A stretch of DNA of 64,000 bases from an uncultured Candidatus Saccharibacteria bacterium (GCA_964599405.1 CAZRED010000002.1:44198-108197), one strand, 5' to 3'; counted from the first letter of the stretch, positions 47,302 through 59,288 are shown. Notes: a model not told the origin generated them from the sequence alone. Numbers and translations: made by a program.

Positions 47302-48424
47302 ACGACTCGCCGTTAGCCGGTTTTTAACAGTTGTTGCCGCGCTTTTGGTGTTTGGGGCTGGTGTTTTTGTTGGCACCTCGGCCGAGCGCAGCAGAACCGT
47401 CCTCGACCTATCGAAGCTTTGGCGGGTTTATTCTTTAATATCTGAAAACTACCCGGGCGAAATTAATAAAGAAACAGCGGTTGATGGAGCGATTCGTGGG
47501 CTGGTGGATAGCCTTGGGGACCCCTATAGTGCGTACCTCGGTGAAGTAGAGCGACGTCAGCTAGAGGAAGATTTAAGTGGCCAATTTGAAGGAATCGGCG
47601 CAATCCTTACCCAAAAAGATGGGACAACGGTAATTGTTGAACCAATTGAGGGCTCGCCGGCAGCTATTGCCGGATTACAGAAAGACGACGTAATTACGGC
47701 CGTTGGCGACGAAGTAGTGGCTGGCCTGGTGTTGGAAGACGTGGTGTCAAAAATTCGCGGACCGAAGGGCACGAAAGTTACCCTGACAATTCTCCGTGAT
47801 GGAACCGAGCTAACCATGGAAATTGAGCGCGGTACCATCACAGTGGAATCGGTTAAGTCGGAAAAACGTGGCGATATCGGCATTATTCATATCAGACAGT
47901 TCGGCGACGATACGGTGGAGGGGGTGCGCTCGGCGATTGCCGATTTAGAGAAACAGAATGTCACGGCCTACTTGATTGATTTACGCGATAACCCGGGAGG
48001 CTATCTCAACTCCGTTCCACCTATTGCCGGTTTCTTTTTGCCGCCAGGCTCAACGGTGGTCAAGCAACTTTACCAGGGGGGACAGAAAGATGAGCTGCGC
48101 ACCACCGAAGCGCCACTAGTATCGACGAAACCGCTTTACATATTTATCAACGGCGGCTCGGCCTCGGCCTCCGAAATTTTAGCCGGAGCGCTGCAGGATC
48201 ACGGTCGGGCAACGGTACTCGGCGAAAAATCTTACGGCAAGGGCTCGGTTCAGGACATCATTAACCTGCGCGGCAACACGGCGCTGCGCCTAACCATTGC
48301 CGAATGGATTACGCCAAACGATCGACACATTTCTAAGGTAGGGATTGAGCCGGATCAGCAAATTGTTAACGACGACAATGCGGCGGGGCTGCAACAAGCT
48401 CTAGATTTCATCGCCAGCCACTAA
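47258..48424 (+). CDS. ctpA: carboxyl-terminal processing protease (S41 family, PDZ domain)
   Basis: N-terminal TM anchor, PDZ domain, and S41 catalytic region (…GGSASASEILAGAL…, catalytic Ser/Lys spacing). ATG 47258 has an AAAGG RBS; an upstream GTG at 47204 is an alternative. Confidence 0.75.
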   Translation: MEQERAKPLDVARGKRLAVSRFLTVVAALLVFGAGVFVGTSAERSRTVLDLSKLWRVYSLISENYPGEINKETAVDGAIRGLVDSLGDPYSAYLGEVERRQLEEDLSGQFEGIGAILTQKDGTTVIVEPIEGSPAAIAGLQKDDVITAVGDEVVAGLVLEDVVSKIRGPKGTKVTLTILRDGTELTMEIERGTITVESVKSEKRGDIGIIHIRQFGDDTVEGVRSAIADLEKQNVTAYLIDLRDNPGGYLNSVPPIAGFFLPPGSTVVKQLYQGGQKDELRTTEAPLVSTKPLYIFINGGSASASEILAGALQDHGRATVLGEKSYGKGSVQDIINLRGNTALRLTIAEWITPNDRHISKVGIEPDQQIVNDDNAAGLQQALDFIASH

Positions 48425-48445
48425 TTCTTTTGGCATACTAATTTT

Positions 48446-48688
48446 ATGCCCGAGACACTGCTATCGCTCGACAAAGATAAAGCCGCTGCCCGTACCGAAG
48501 CGCCGTTGCCAAATGCTGCCAAGCCAGAACTACGAAGTATTGGTGTAACGGCGGTAGCAATACTGTTTCTACTAGCATTTGTGTTGCTAGTCTGGATTGT
48601 TATATCGCTAGTCCGGCCAAACAGTGGGCTGGATGCGGTATTTCCATTTTTAACTGGTGCTGCTAATTCCGATAATTTAAGCTTTTAG
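48446..48688 (+). CDS. small hypothetical membrane protein
   Basis: 80-aa ORF with one TM helix. Confidence 0.3.
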   Translation: MPETLLSLDKDKAAARTEAPLPNAAKPELRSIGVTAVAILFLLAFVLLVWIVISLVRPNSGLDAVFPFLTGAANSDNLSF

Positions 48689-48725
48689 TTCTAGCACGTC
48701 AGGATATTTTTGCTACACTAACCCT

Positions 48726-49277
48726 ATGACAACAACTTGGTGGATTATCGGAGTCGCAGGAGTACTTGTTCTTTGGCTAATTGCCATCTACAACGGTTTG
48801 GTTCGCTTGAAAAATCGAACTGACGAAGCTTGGAGCGATATTGATGTTCAACTGAAGCGCCGCTATGATTTGATTCCAAATTTGGTGGAAGCCGTTAAGG
48901 GCGTTACTAAACAGGAGCAGGAAGTCTTTACCAAAGTAACCGAAGCCCGCTCTAACGCGATGAAGGCTCAGGGGGTAGAAGCGAAAGGCAAGGCTGAAAA
49001 TATGCTGTCCGAAACCTTGAAAAGTTTGTTTGCCGTTTCTGAAGCTTACCCAGACTTGAAATCTTCGCAGAACTTTCTGCAGTTGCAGGGCGAATTAACT
49101 GATACTGAAGATAAAATTCAAGCCGCTCGTCGGTTCTACAACACTAACGTTCGCGATTTGAATACCAAGATTGAAACTTTCCCGAACAATATGGTGGCCG
49201 GCATGCTCGGCGCTGCCAAGCGTGAGTTCTTTGAAGCGGACGAGAGCGAAAAAGAACCGGTCAAGGTTCAGTTTTAA
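48726..49277 (+). CDS. lemA: LemA family protein
   Basis: N-terminal TM plus the conserved LemA region (IAIYNGLVRLKNRTDEAWSDIDVQLKRRYDLIPNLV). Confidence 0.8.
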   Translation: MTTTWWIIGVAGVLVLWLIAIYNGLVRLKNRTDEAWSDIDVQLKRRYDLIPNLVEAVKGVTKQEQEVFTKVTEARSNAMKAQGVEAKGKAENMLSETLKSLFAVSEAYPDLKSSQNFLQLQGELTDTEDKIQAARRFYNTNVRDLNTKIETFPNNMVAGMLGAAKREFFEADESEKEPVKVQF

Positions 49278-49285
49278 CGCATTTC

Positions 49286-49420
49286 TTTGCAGAGGACAGG
49301 GGGCTTAGTTGCGAAGCAGCCCCCTATCCTCTGCACTCCAACCCCCGCACGCTTCTCTACGAGGTGTGGAGAAAAACGGGCTCATAACCTGCTGTGGGTT
49401 AGATTCGCACCGTTTTTCAG
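49286..49420 (+). repeat. copy A of a two-copy structured element (~135 nt; partner 62213..62354). Candidate cis-regulatory RNA.
   Basis: Long hairpin GCAGAGGACAGGGGGCU-UAGUUGCGAAGC-AGCCCCCUAUCCUCUGC. It is followed by the conserved ACUCCAACCCCCGCACGC, then a variable region with shared blocks (GUGGAG…GGCUCA…ACCUGCUGUGGGU) ending in a U-run. Confidence 0.7.
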
Positions 49421-49469
49421 CTATTTCTATCTAGAAATAAGACATCTTTTCCCTTAAACTAAGGGGGAA

Positions 49470-52354
<2,885 letters not shown>

Positions 52355-52624
52355 GTATTGATTCCTAATCCTATATATAGGATAATCCCTTTGCATACTG
52401 TAGTACGCCTTTTGGGCTTGATGAAGTAAGTAGGCCTGGTGCCGAGAAAGCTGACCACTTGTTGGTCCATAGGGTATGTCGGGGTTGGGCAACCATTCCT
52501 GGGAGAGGCGTCATCGCCAGAACCTAAAGTCCAGGTCCACACAAGTGCGCCGAGACAGATTCGACCCCGCCGGTACCGGCGGGGTCATTCAATTTTAAAT
52601 AAAAAAAGCCGCTAGCCGGGTGGG

Positions 52625-53197
52625 CTAGCGGATGATCGAAGCGATCAGGTTGTGCTTCAACGCCTCTTTGGCGGTGAAGCGGTGGGATTTGAACCACATC
52701 GCCCTGGTAGTCGAGTAGCTCTTTCCCATTGCCTTGGCAAGGGCGCGGATCCACTGAACTTCCCTTTTCTCAGCGAATTCTGTCTCCAGAAACTCTTCTG
52801 TTAGGCGTCGTTTCCGTTCAGCGATGGATTGTTTGCTGACGGCATCGCAACCTCGTCCCATTGGGTGGATCATGATGATTGCGCCAGTAGAAGCGAATCT
52901 TTTTTCGCGTGGGAGCGAAAGGAAGACCCTAACCCCAGCCGACATTACGTATGTCATAGCGATGATCTGGAGATCGACAAAGCTACTGGCGAACTTAATT
53001 CGCTCGGCAACTGCATCTCCATCGACAGAATTACCCCCAGTTGTGGACAGAAGAATGGTTGCCTTCTTCACCTTGTCATCACTATTGACGATCTTCTCAA
53101 TTGCGGCGTCGAACGACTTGATCATGCCAGAGTCGACGTCTCCCGTCAGAGTGATGAGGGTTCCAAGTTTCTTCAGGTTGTTAATCTTCAATCTCAA
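52625..53197 (-). CDS. divergent ClpP-family serine protease (phage prohead-protease-like), not a housekeeping clpP
   Basis: LITLTGDVD ~ ClpP IIFLTGEIND. Ser in VMSAGV ~ AASMG and His in IMIHPMG ~ VMIHQPLGG. Too divergent for a canonical clpP. It sits between a ligA 3'-end duplication and has its own terminator (gccgctagcc-gggtg-ggctagcggc-T7 at ~52603-52631 on the minus strand). Confidence 0.55.
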   Translation of the reverse strand: MRLKINNLKKLGTLITLTGDVDSGMIKSFDAAIEKIVNSDDKVKKATILLSTTGGNSVDGDAVAERIKFASSFVDLQIIAMTYVMSAGVRVFLSLPREKRFASTGAIIMIHPMGRGCDAVSKQSIAERKRRLTEEFLETEFAEKREVQWIRALAKAMGKSYSTTRAMWFKSHRFTAKEALKHNLIASIIR

Positions 53198-53281
53198 TAC
53201 CTCCGTACTGTGTTGGGATTATACCCCGAAACATAGAAAAAGTCAATCTGTTGAGGTAATATTTTACTCCTTGAAGCCCAA

Positions 53282-53336
53282 AAACTTGGTGCGAAGGTTT
53301 TGAGCGAAAAAGAGTTTCTGAAGTTAGTTGGGTAGG
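53282..53336 (+). repeat. degenerate duplicate of the ligA 3' end (encodes …[20 protein letters not shown])
   Basis: About 80 % nt identity to ligA 52300-52354, which encodes …[20 protein letters not shown]. With ligA it brackets a 0.93-kb segment containing the ClpP-like gene. Confidence 0.6.
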
Positions 53337-53337
53337 A

Positions 53338-54519
53338 TTACCGTGTTCCCCATTTGGTATTGCTAAGGGTAGCGAGTGCATAGATTCTCGTCGGGATAAG
53401 TAGGAAAACGTGCAAAAACCCGTAAGCTACGAAGACCAAAAATCCGAAATCTCGGGTTCGATAAATGCCGTAGAGCGACCGTAGTAAGGCAATACCAATA
53501 AGTACCGCCAAGTACTGCCAGAGAATGCGGATGTCGATAAACGCTGCCTGATAAATCATAGCGATTAATGCCGCGAGCAGTAAAAAGGGCAGAATGAACT
53601 GCATCAATAGGTCGTAGATCATATAGAAGTGGTGTCTGTGAAAAAATTTAAACGTCCAAAGCATCTCTCGGTAGAAACTCTTATTCCAACGGACCTGTTG
53701 CTTCAAATAGTCGCGCAACTTTTCAGGAACGAAAGTATAAGCGATGGCTTGGTTGTCGAAAACTACCTGATAACCTTTTTCGAGAATTAAGTTGGTGAGA
53801 TGTCGATCGTCTCCATAAGTACAGTTTTTTCCGAGGAAGAATTGGGAAACATACTGCTCCTTAACTTGGTCAACAATACTTTTTCGGTAAGCCGAGAATG
53901 GCCCAGAGCAACACATCAGTACCGAGTAATATCCTTGTGCAGCTCGTTCCTGATGAAACGCTGTCCAGTATCTGTAACTGACTAGCCTGGTTAGGAAGTT
54001 CCTTTTCTTGTTTTCGACGCGTACATCTCCGGTTACTGCTCCAACTCTCGGATTTTTAAACCTTTTGACGATTTGAGAAATTGCTTCCGGAGAGTGAAGG
54101 ATAGTGTCGGAATCTATTGTTACTAAAATATCACCTCTTACCACATCAAACGCCAACTTCTGGGCGTTGCGTTTGCCAGCGTTTCGTTCAGACATAATTA
54201 CATGAACATTTTTTCCGGTCATCTCTCGATATAAACCCTGTAACTGTGGCGTCATTCTTGAACCGTCATCTACCACTATTACTTCCAGGTCTCGATGTCG
54301 CTGTTGTAGTATCGACCCAACACAGGCTCGTAAAATTGCTACATCTTCGTTATAAGTGGGAATAATTACAGTAACTTTCTCGTAGTGGTTTTGATGGAAC
54401 CCGCGAAAAACGGGGTGTTTTTGACGGCGATGCTCTAAGTGTCCAACCCACATTTGAGTCAAAATATGCAAGAGAGCTAGTATTCCATATACTGTTAGAA
54501 GCCAAAATAGTGTTGTCAT
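53338..54519 (-). CDS. processive family-2 glycosyltransferase (PgaC/IcaA/NodC/HAS-like; QxxRW motif) with N- and C-terminal TM helices
   Basis: VTVIIPTYNED…DSDTIL…QQVRWNKSF, with a C-terminal cluster of 4-5 TM helices. Confidence 0.75.
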   Translation of the reverse strand: MTTLFWLLTVYGILALLHILTQMWVGHLEHRRQKHPVFRGFHQNHYEKVTVIIPTYNEDVAILRACVGSILQQRHRDLEVIVVDDGSRMTPQLQGLYREMTGKNVHVIMSERNAGKRNAQKLAFDVVRGDILVTIDSDTILHSPEAISQIVKRFKNPRVGAVTGDVRVENKKRNFLTRLVSYRYWTAFHQERAAQGYYSVLMCCSGPFSAYRKSIVDQVKEQYVSQFFLGKNCTYGDDRHLTNLILEKGYQVVFDNQAIAYTFVPEKLRDYLKQQVRWNKSFYREMLWTFKFFHRHHFYMIYDLLMQFILPFLLLAALIAMIYQAAFIDIRILWQYLAVLIGIALLRSLYGIYRTRDFGFLVFVAYGFLHVFLLIPTRIYALATLSNTKWGTR

Positions 54520-54528
54520 TTTATCTTT

Positions 54529-54587
54529 TTGCTAACTTTCTGTTAGATATTTAGCAAATAATAACATAATTGCTAACAGATTGTTAG
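54529..54587. promoter_or_regulatory. cluster of three palindromic operator-like sites in the GT2/XRE divergent intergenic region
   Basis: gCTAAC-tttct-GTTAG (54531-54546), TTAGCAA-(13 nt)-TTGCTAA (54551-54576), and gCTAAC-agatt-GTTAG (54572-54587). Confidence 0.5.
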
Positions 54588-54625
54588 TGGTTGGTTGTGG
54601 CTTGGATTTCTACTGTTTATTTGAA

Positions 54626-54862
54626 ATGGCAAAGCCAAAATTTTACGATGAGGCCGAATTTACAACGTTTCGTAAAAGCATTGGCGATAAAGTCCAGTTG
54701 TTAAGAAAGTCAAAAGGTTTTACTCAAGAAAAGCTGGCGGAGGCGACAGGGCTGGATCGGGTAGCGATTGGCTATATCGAGCAAGGGTTTCGAGCCCCGC
54801 GATTAAAGTCGCTTTTTATTATTGCTAACGCCCTTGAGTGTGAAGTAAAAGACTTTTTTTAG
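54626..54862 (+). CDS. XRE-family helix-turn-helix transcriptional regulator
   Basis: IGDKVQLLRKSKGFTQEKLAEATGLDRVAIGYIEQG is a canonical Cro/C1-type HTH. ATG 54626. Confidence 0.7.
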   Translation: MAKPKFYDEAEFTTFRKSIGDKVQLLRKSKGFTQEKLAEATGLDRVAIGYIEQGFRAPRLKSLFIIANALECEVKDFF

Positions 54863-54930
54863 GCGGTTCGGAAGGATTTAGACGTTCGGGGTTGCTTGTA
54901 ACCCCACCTGACAGATATACTCAACCAAGA

Positions 54931-55233
54931 ATGTCACATCTGTTGCCAGAAGAAGTAAACCACCTTGCCAAACTCGCCCGGCTTTCGTTAAATACCGAAG
55001 AAAAGAACCAATTCTCCAAGCAATTGCCGGAAATTATTGATTTTATTGACCAATTACAGAGCGCTGAAGTGACCGATGTATCGGAAACAAAAGCTATCAG
55101 TCAAGACCAGCTACGCGACGATACAGAGGGAAGTGACTCACTGTCGTTGGAGCAACTAGAGAAGCTAGCGCCTAAGTGGCAAGACAACCAAGTTGTCGTT
55201 CCAGCAGTATTCGGGGAGAACGAAGATGACTAA
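54931..55233 (+). CDS. gatC: aspartyl/glutamyl-tRNA amidotransferase subunit C
   Basis: MSHLLPEEVNHLAKLARLSLNTEEK… is a typical GatC. ATG 54931. Confidence 0.8.
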   Translation: MSHLLPEEVNHLAKLARLSLNTEEKNQFSKQLPEIIDFIDQLQSAEVTDVSETKAISQDQLRDDTEGSDSLSLEQLEKLAPKWQDNQVVVPAVFGENEDD

Positions 55234-56515
55234 CCTGAACATTTTCTTGCATGATCAGGAGCTACAAGCCACAACTACGGGCGAACTAACAGGCCTGAAA
55301 ATCGCCATCAAAGACAATATTTCTGTCAAAGACTGGCCGTTGACGGCTGGCTCAAAAATCCTTGAAGGTTACATTGCGCCGTACGACGCGACAGTGGTGC
55401 GCAAACTCAAAGAACACGGCGCGGTGTTAAAAGGTAAAACCAATCTTGACGAGTTTGCGATGGGCTCTAGTACCGAGAACTCGGCTTATGGCGCTACCAA
55501 AAACCCTTGGGACACTGAACGGGTTCCCGGCGGGTCCTCCGGCGGTTCAGCAGCAGCTGTAGCGGCAGATTTGGCCGATGCGTCTCTGGGAAGCGACACC
55601 GGCGGCTCCATCCGCCAACCGGCCGCTTTTTGCGGCGTAACTGGTCTAAAGCCAACCTACGGTAGTGTCTCTCGTTATGGCTTGGTGGCACTGGCTTCGT
55701 CACTAGACGTGATTGGCCCGATGGCTCGATCCGCCGAAACAGTGGAGAAAGTGTTCGCCGCTATTTCCGGCCAAGACAAATACGACCAAACAACTATCGA
55801 TTATCGCTATGAACCAGTTAAAACCGATATTTCTAAGCTGAAAATCGGCCTACCGAAAGAACTCTGGGATTTGGAGATTGACCCGGAAGTCAAAGAAGCC
55901 GCCAAAGAGTTTGTGGACCATTTCAGGGCCGAGGGAGCAACCATCAGCGAAGTTTCCTTGCCGTCACTGCCGCTAGCGCTGCCGGCTTACTACATTATTT
56001 TACCGGCGGAAGCGTCAGCCAACTTGGCCAGATACGACGGTATTCGCTACCAAGCCAGCGCCGCCGCCAAAAATCTACTGGAAAAGTATCTGAATACCCG
56101 CGCTCTATTTGGTCCGGAAGTGAAGCGGAGAATACTGATTGGGACTTATGCACTATCAGTCGGTCATTACGACGCCTACTATCAGGTAGCGACCAATGTC
56201 CGCAGACAGATAGAAAAAGAACACGAGGCAGTTTTTAAAGAGGTAGATGTGCTAATTTCACCAACTACGCCAACGCTGCCGTTCAAATTTGGCGAACGCC
56301 AAGACCCGGTGGCAATGTACCAATCGGATCTGCTAACAGTGGGGGCCAATTTAGCCGGTGTACCGGCAATTTCCGTACCGATTGGTTTTAGCAAAAACAA
56401 CCTGCCAATCGGCGGGCAAATTATTGCCAATAACCGAGCCGAAAACGTGTTACTGTCACTGGCCAAACAGTTCCAAAAGGACACTGATTATCACAAAAGG
56501 AAGCCCCATGGGTAA
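55226..56515 (+). CDS. gatA: aspartyl/glutamyl-tRNA amidotransferase subunit A
   Basis: Amidase signature GGSSGGSAAAVAADLADASLGSDTGGSIRQPA. Start overlaps the gatC stop. Confidence 0.85.
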   Translation: MTNLNIFLHDQELQATTTGELTGLKIAIKDNISVKDWPLTAGSKILEGYIAPYDATVVRKLKEHGAVLKGKTNLDEFAMGSSTENSAYGATKNPWDTERVPGGSSGGSAAAVAADLADASLGSDTGGSIRQPAAFCGVTGLKPTYGSVSRYGLVALASSLDVIGPMARSAETVEKVFAAISGQDKYDQTTIDYRYEPVKTDISKLKIGLPKELWDLEIDPEVKEAAKEFVDHFRAEGATISEVSLPSLPLALPAYYIILPAEASANLARYDGIRYQASAAAKNLLEKYLNTRALFGPEVKRRILIGTYALSVGHYDAYYQVATNVRRQIEKEHEAVFKEVDVLISPTTPTLPFKFGERQDPVAMYQSDLLTVGANLAGVPAISVPIGFSKNNLPIGGQIIANNRAENVLLSLAKQFQKDTDYHKRKPHG

Positions 56516-56732
56516 AAAGCAGCGCGAGAAAAAACTGGAGCGAGTAGAGCAGACACAGGCTGAAAAACAGGCAATCGAACAGCGCCGAGCCGAGCGATTG
56601 GCCCCGATTTACCGTTGGGTAAAAAGACTAACACTGGCGGCGGTCGCGACGTTTGTGATTTTATACTTTGGGGTAATTATTAACGGCAAACTGCCGGATA
56701 TATTGGTGCGCCTAACGGAGAAAGGACAGTGA
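56508..56732 (+). CDS. small (74 aa) membrane-anchored protein inserted in the gat operon
   Basis: MGKKQREKKLERVEQTQAEKQAIEQRRAERL… charged helix followed by one TM helix. AAAGGAAG RBS. Start overlaps the gatA stop and the stop overlaps the next start (TGATG). Confidence 0.35.
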   Translation: MGKKQREKKLERVEQTQAEKQAIEQRRAERLAPIYRWVKRLTLAAVATFVILYFGVIINGKLPDILVRLTEKGQ

Positions 56733-57115
56733 TGGGTTGGTTTAGTTTTGGCAAAAAAACTCCTAAAACCGGGTTCCGCAGCGTTGACTGGCTAGAAGTG
56801 GAAGGGAAACTGCGCTCGCTGGACGCGATGGCCGCATCTGCCGACCAAGCAATGACTAAACAACTGATTATTCAGGCCGATATGCTAGTGGATTATGTAC
56901 TGAAACAGGCAAACGTTCCCGGCCAAACGATGGGCGAGCGGCTGAAGTCGATTCAGTCAATCGCCGATCGCTCGACGCTCAATATGCTCTGGGGCGTTCA
57001 TAAGAAACGTAACGAGTTGGCTCACGAATCTGGTAGTTTTGTGGCGAGCTGGGAAAAAGACAAGCTTTACCAAGACGCCAAGATGGCGATCTCTAACCTA
57101 CGGGGGTTGCGATGA
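56732..57115 (+). CDS. hypothetical alpha-helical protein with a HEPN-like Rx4H motif
   Basis: 127 aa with VHKKRNELAHESG, an R-x4-H motif near the C-terminal third. Translationally coupled on both sides (TGATG upstream; ATGA with gatB). Confidence 0.3.
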   Translation: MGWFSFGKKTPKTGFRSVDWLEVEGKLRSLDAMAASADQAMTKQLIIQADMLVDYVLKQANVPGQTMGERLKSIQSIADRSTLNMLWGVHKKRNELAHESGSFVASWEKDKLYQDAKMAISNLRGLR

Positions 57116-58473
57116 GTAACTGGAAATTAACCGTTGGCATGGAAGTGCACGTGGAGCTGCAGACGGCCACGAAGCTGTTCTGCGGCTGTAAAAATGACCC
57201 GTTTCATAGTGCGCCCAACACCAATGTTTGTCCGGTTTGTTACGGTCTGCCAGGGGCACTGCCGGTTTTGAACAAAAAGGCCGTGGAGATGACGGTGAAG
57301 CTGGGGCAGGCGCTGAAGGGCGAGATTGCCAATGAGACATTTTGGGCACGCAAGAATTACTTCTACCCGGATTTGCCGAAGGGCTATCAAATTTCCCAGT
57401 CTAGTACGCCGTTGATTGAAAACGCAATAGTTACAATTGACGGCAAAGACCACCGAATTGCTCGGATCCACCTGGAGGAAGACGCTGGAAAGCTAATGCA
57501 CTCGCCAGACAAAACTCACTCGCTAGTTAACTATAACCGGGCCGGGGTGCCGTTGATTGAGATTGTTACCGAGCCGGATTTTGATTCAGCTGAATCCGCC
57601 AAGCGGTTTTGCCAAGAACTCCAGCGAATCCTGCGAAGCTTGGATATCTCTCAAGCGGACATGGAGAAAGGCTTAATGCGCTGCGAAGCCAATATCTCGG
57701 CTTCCAAAGACGGCAGTACCAGTGGAACAAAAGTAGAGGTAAAAAACATTAACTCGTTCCGTTCGGTGGAAAAGGCGATTAACTTCGAGTTTGAGCGGCA
57801 GACCAAAGCGCTGGAAGCGGGCGAAAAACTTCAGCAAGAAACTCGCACCTGGGATGAAAATAGCAGTAAAACAGTGGTGATGCGCACCAAAGAAACCAGT
57901 GCCGATTACCGTTATTTCCCCGAGCCGGACTTGCCGTTTGTGGCAATTAGTATTAGCGAAGCTAGCGATCACCAGTTGCCGGACGACCAACGAAAACAGC
58001 TGGCAGAGTTGGGCATTCCCGAAGACATTGCCAGGGTAATGGTTGATCGGGGAGAAAGTAAAAAGATTGCTACGATTTTTGACAAGAAGGGTAAAAGCTA
58101 CGCCGTAGAAGCAGCAAAGCTATCTGCGGTGAAACCAAAATTTGCAGAATTTGACACGGATGAGCAAATAGATTTTCTGGAACTCAAAGAGAAATTTGGA
58201 TGGGGGAGCGCGCTAATCGACGCGATCATTAATTCGTGTTCGGAATCCGGTGAGAATTTGAGTGAATTTGCCCTGAAGATGTATGGAGATAAATACGATC
58301 TCATGTCCATATGCTCAGAAGTTATTGCCGAGAACCCGAAAATTGTGGCGGATTTCCAAGCCGGTAACCAAAACGTTCTCAATGCTCTGGTTGGCAAAGT
58401 AATGGCCAAAACTAAAGGTACGGCCAATGTTGTCCAAGCTCGAGCCGAGCTAGAAAAGCAACTCCAAAGCTAG
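57112..58473 (+). CDS. gatB: aspartyl/glutamyl-tRNA amidotransferase subunit B
   Basis: MSNWKLTVGMEVHVELQTATKLFCGC… is a canonical GatB N-terminus, with a GatB/YqeY C-terminal domain. Confidence 0.9.
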   Translation: MSNWKLTVGMEVHVELQTATKLFCGCKNDPFHSAPNTNVCPVCYGLPGALPVLNKKAVEMTVKLGQALKGEIANETFWARKNYFYPDLPKGYQISQSSTPLIENAIVTIDGKDHRIARIHLEEDAGKLMHSPDKTHSLVNYNRAGVPLIEIVTEPDFDSAESAKRFCQELQRILRSLDISQADMEKGLMRCEANISASKDGSTSGTKVEVKNINSFRSVEKAINFEFERQTKALEAGEKLQQETRTWDENSSKTVVMRTKETSADYRYFPEPDLPFVAISISEASDHQLPDDQRKQLAELGIPEDIARVMVDRGESKKIATIFDKKGKSYAVEAAKLSAVKPKFAEFDTDEQIDFLELKEKFGWGSALIDAIINSCSESGENLSEFALKMYGDKYDLMSICSEVIAENPKIVADFQAGNQNVLNALVGKVMAKTKGTANVVQARAELEKQLQS

Positions 58474-58494
58474 CTGTGCTAGTATTAGTAGGAG

Positions 58495-59034
58495 ATGGGC
58501 TTTACCTCATTTATTGACCGAATTGTTGAGATTGCGGCAGCGGCTTGGGACAAACTGCCCCAAGTTTTATTAACGCTTATCCTTGGTTTTCTCTTGATAA
58601 AGCTGATCAAAGCCTTGCTCCACGGTGTGATCCGGGTATCGCGCGCTAACCAGGCCCTGAAGGGCGTGCTGATGTCGGTCGTTGATGTTGGCCTATGGCT
58701 TCTGGTACTAGCGGCCATTTTGCAGCAGATTGGCCTTGGCCAGGTGGCGCTGGCGTTGTCTGGCACGGTGGCGGTGGCCGGTATCGCCATCTCGATCGGC
58801 TCGTCGGTGTTTATTCAAGATATGGTGGCAGGCGTATTTTTGGCCCAAGACCCGGACTTCAATGTGGGAGATACTATTGAGCACGTTGGCGTGGAGGGTA
58901 TAGTGGAAAGAATGGATGCTCGAAAAGTGCGCCTACGCGATAACGACGGCAACCTGCACGTTTATCCAAACTCGTCGTTCGACAAGGATTCGTGGATTGT
59001 AATTGAACAACGCTCTACTAAAGGAGGTAGATGA
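58495..59034 (+). CDS. small mechanosensitive channel MscS-family protein
   Basis: 3 TM helices plus the MscS beta-domain (VGDTIEHVGVEGIVERMDARKVRLRDNDGNLHVYPNS). Confidence 0.65.
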   Translation: MGFTSFIDRIVEIAAAAWDKLPQVLLTLILGFLLIKLIKALLHGVIRVSRANQALKGVLMSVVDVGLWLLVLAAILQQIGLGQVALALSGTVAVAGIAISIGSSVFIQDMVAGVFLAQDPDFNVGDTIEHVGVEGIVERMDARKVRLRDNDGNLHVYPNSSFDKDSWIVIEQRSTKGGR

Positions 59035-59288
59035 CCCAAATTGAGTTGATAAACTATCTGTCGATTGTGGTACTGATTGGTTTTATTATTGCCCTGGGCT
59101 ATTTAATTGTGTTACTGCACCGGGCTAACCGAATCGTCGCCAAGCTCGACAACTTGCAGGCGACATTTGCCAGTTTTGTTTCCGAGATTGTTCCGGCAAT
59201 TGTTAATATCGGCACGATCAGTTCGGCGATGCACGGCATTCTGCGAGCACTCCATATCGAGAAAGAAGAAAAGAAGAGCAAGAAGTAA
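59031..59288 (+). CDS. small membrane protein
   Basis: 85 aa, one TM helix, strong RBS AAAGGAGG. Start overlaps the upstream stop. Confidence 0.35.
   Translation: MTQIELINYLSIVVLIGFIIALGYLIVLLHRANRIVAKLDNLQATFASFVSEIVPAIVNIGTISSAMHGILRALHIEKEEKKSKK

Noticed and set aside
52530-52590. tRNA/tmRNA-like 3' end (…agaTTCGAccccgccgg…) as a possible integration target next to ligA
   Set aside because: No T-arm/acceptor pairing or CCA can be formed. The sequence is instead a perfect 20-bp palindrome (ccccgccggtaccggcgggg).
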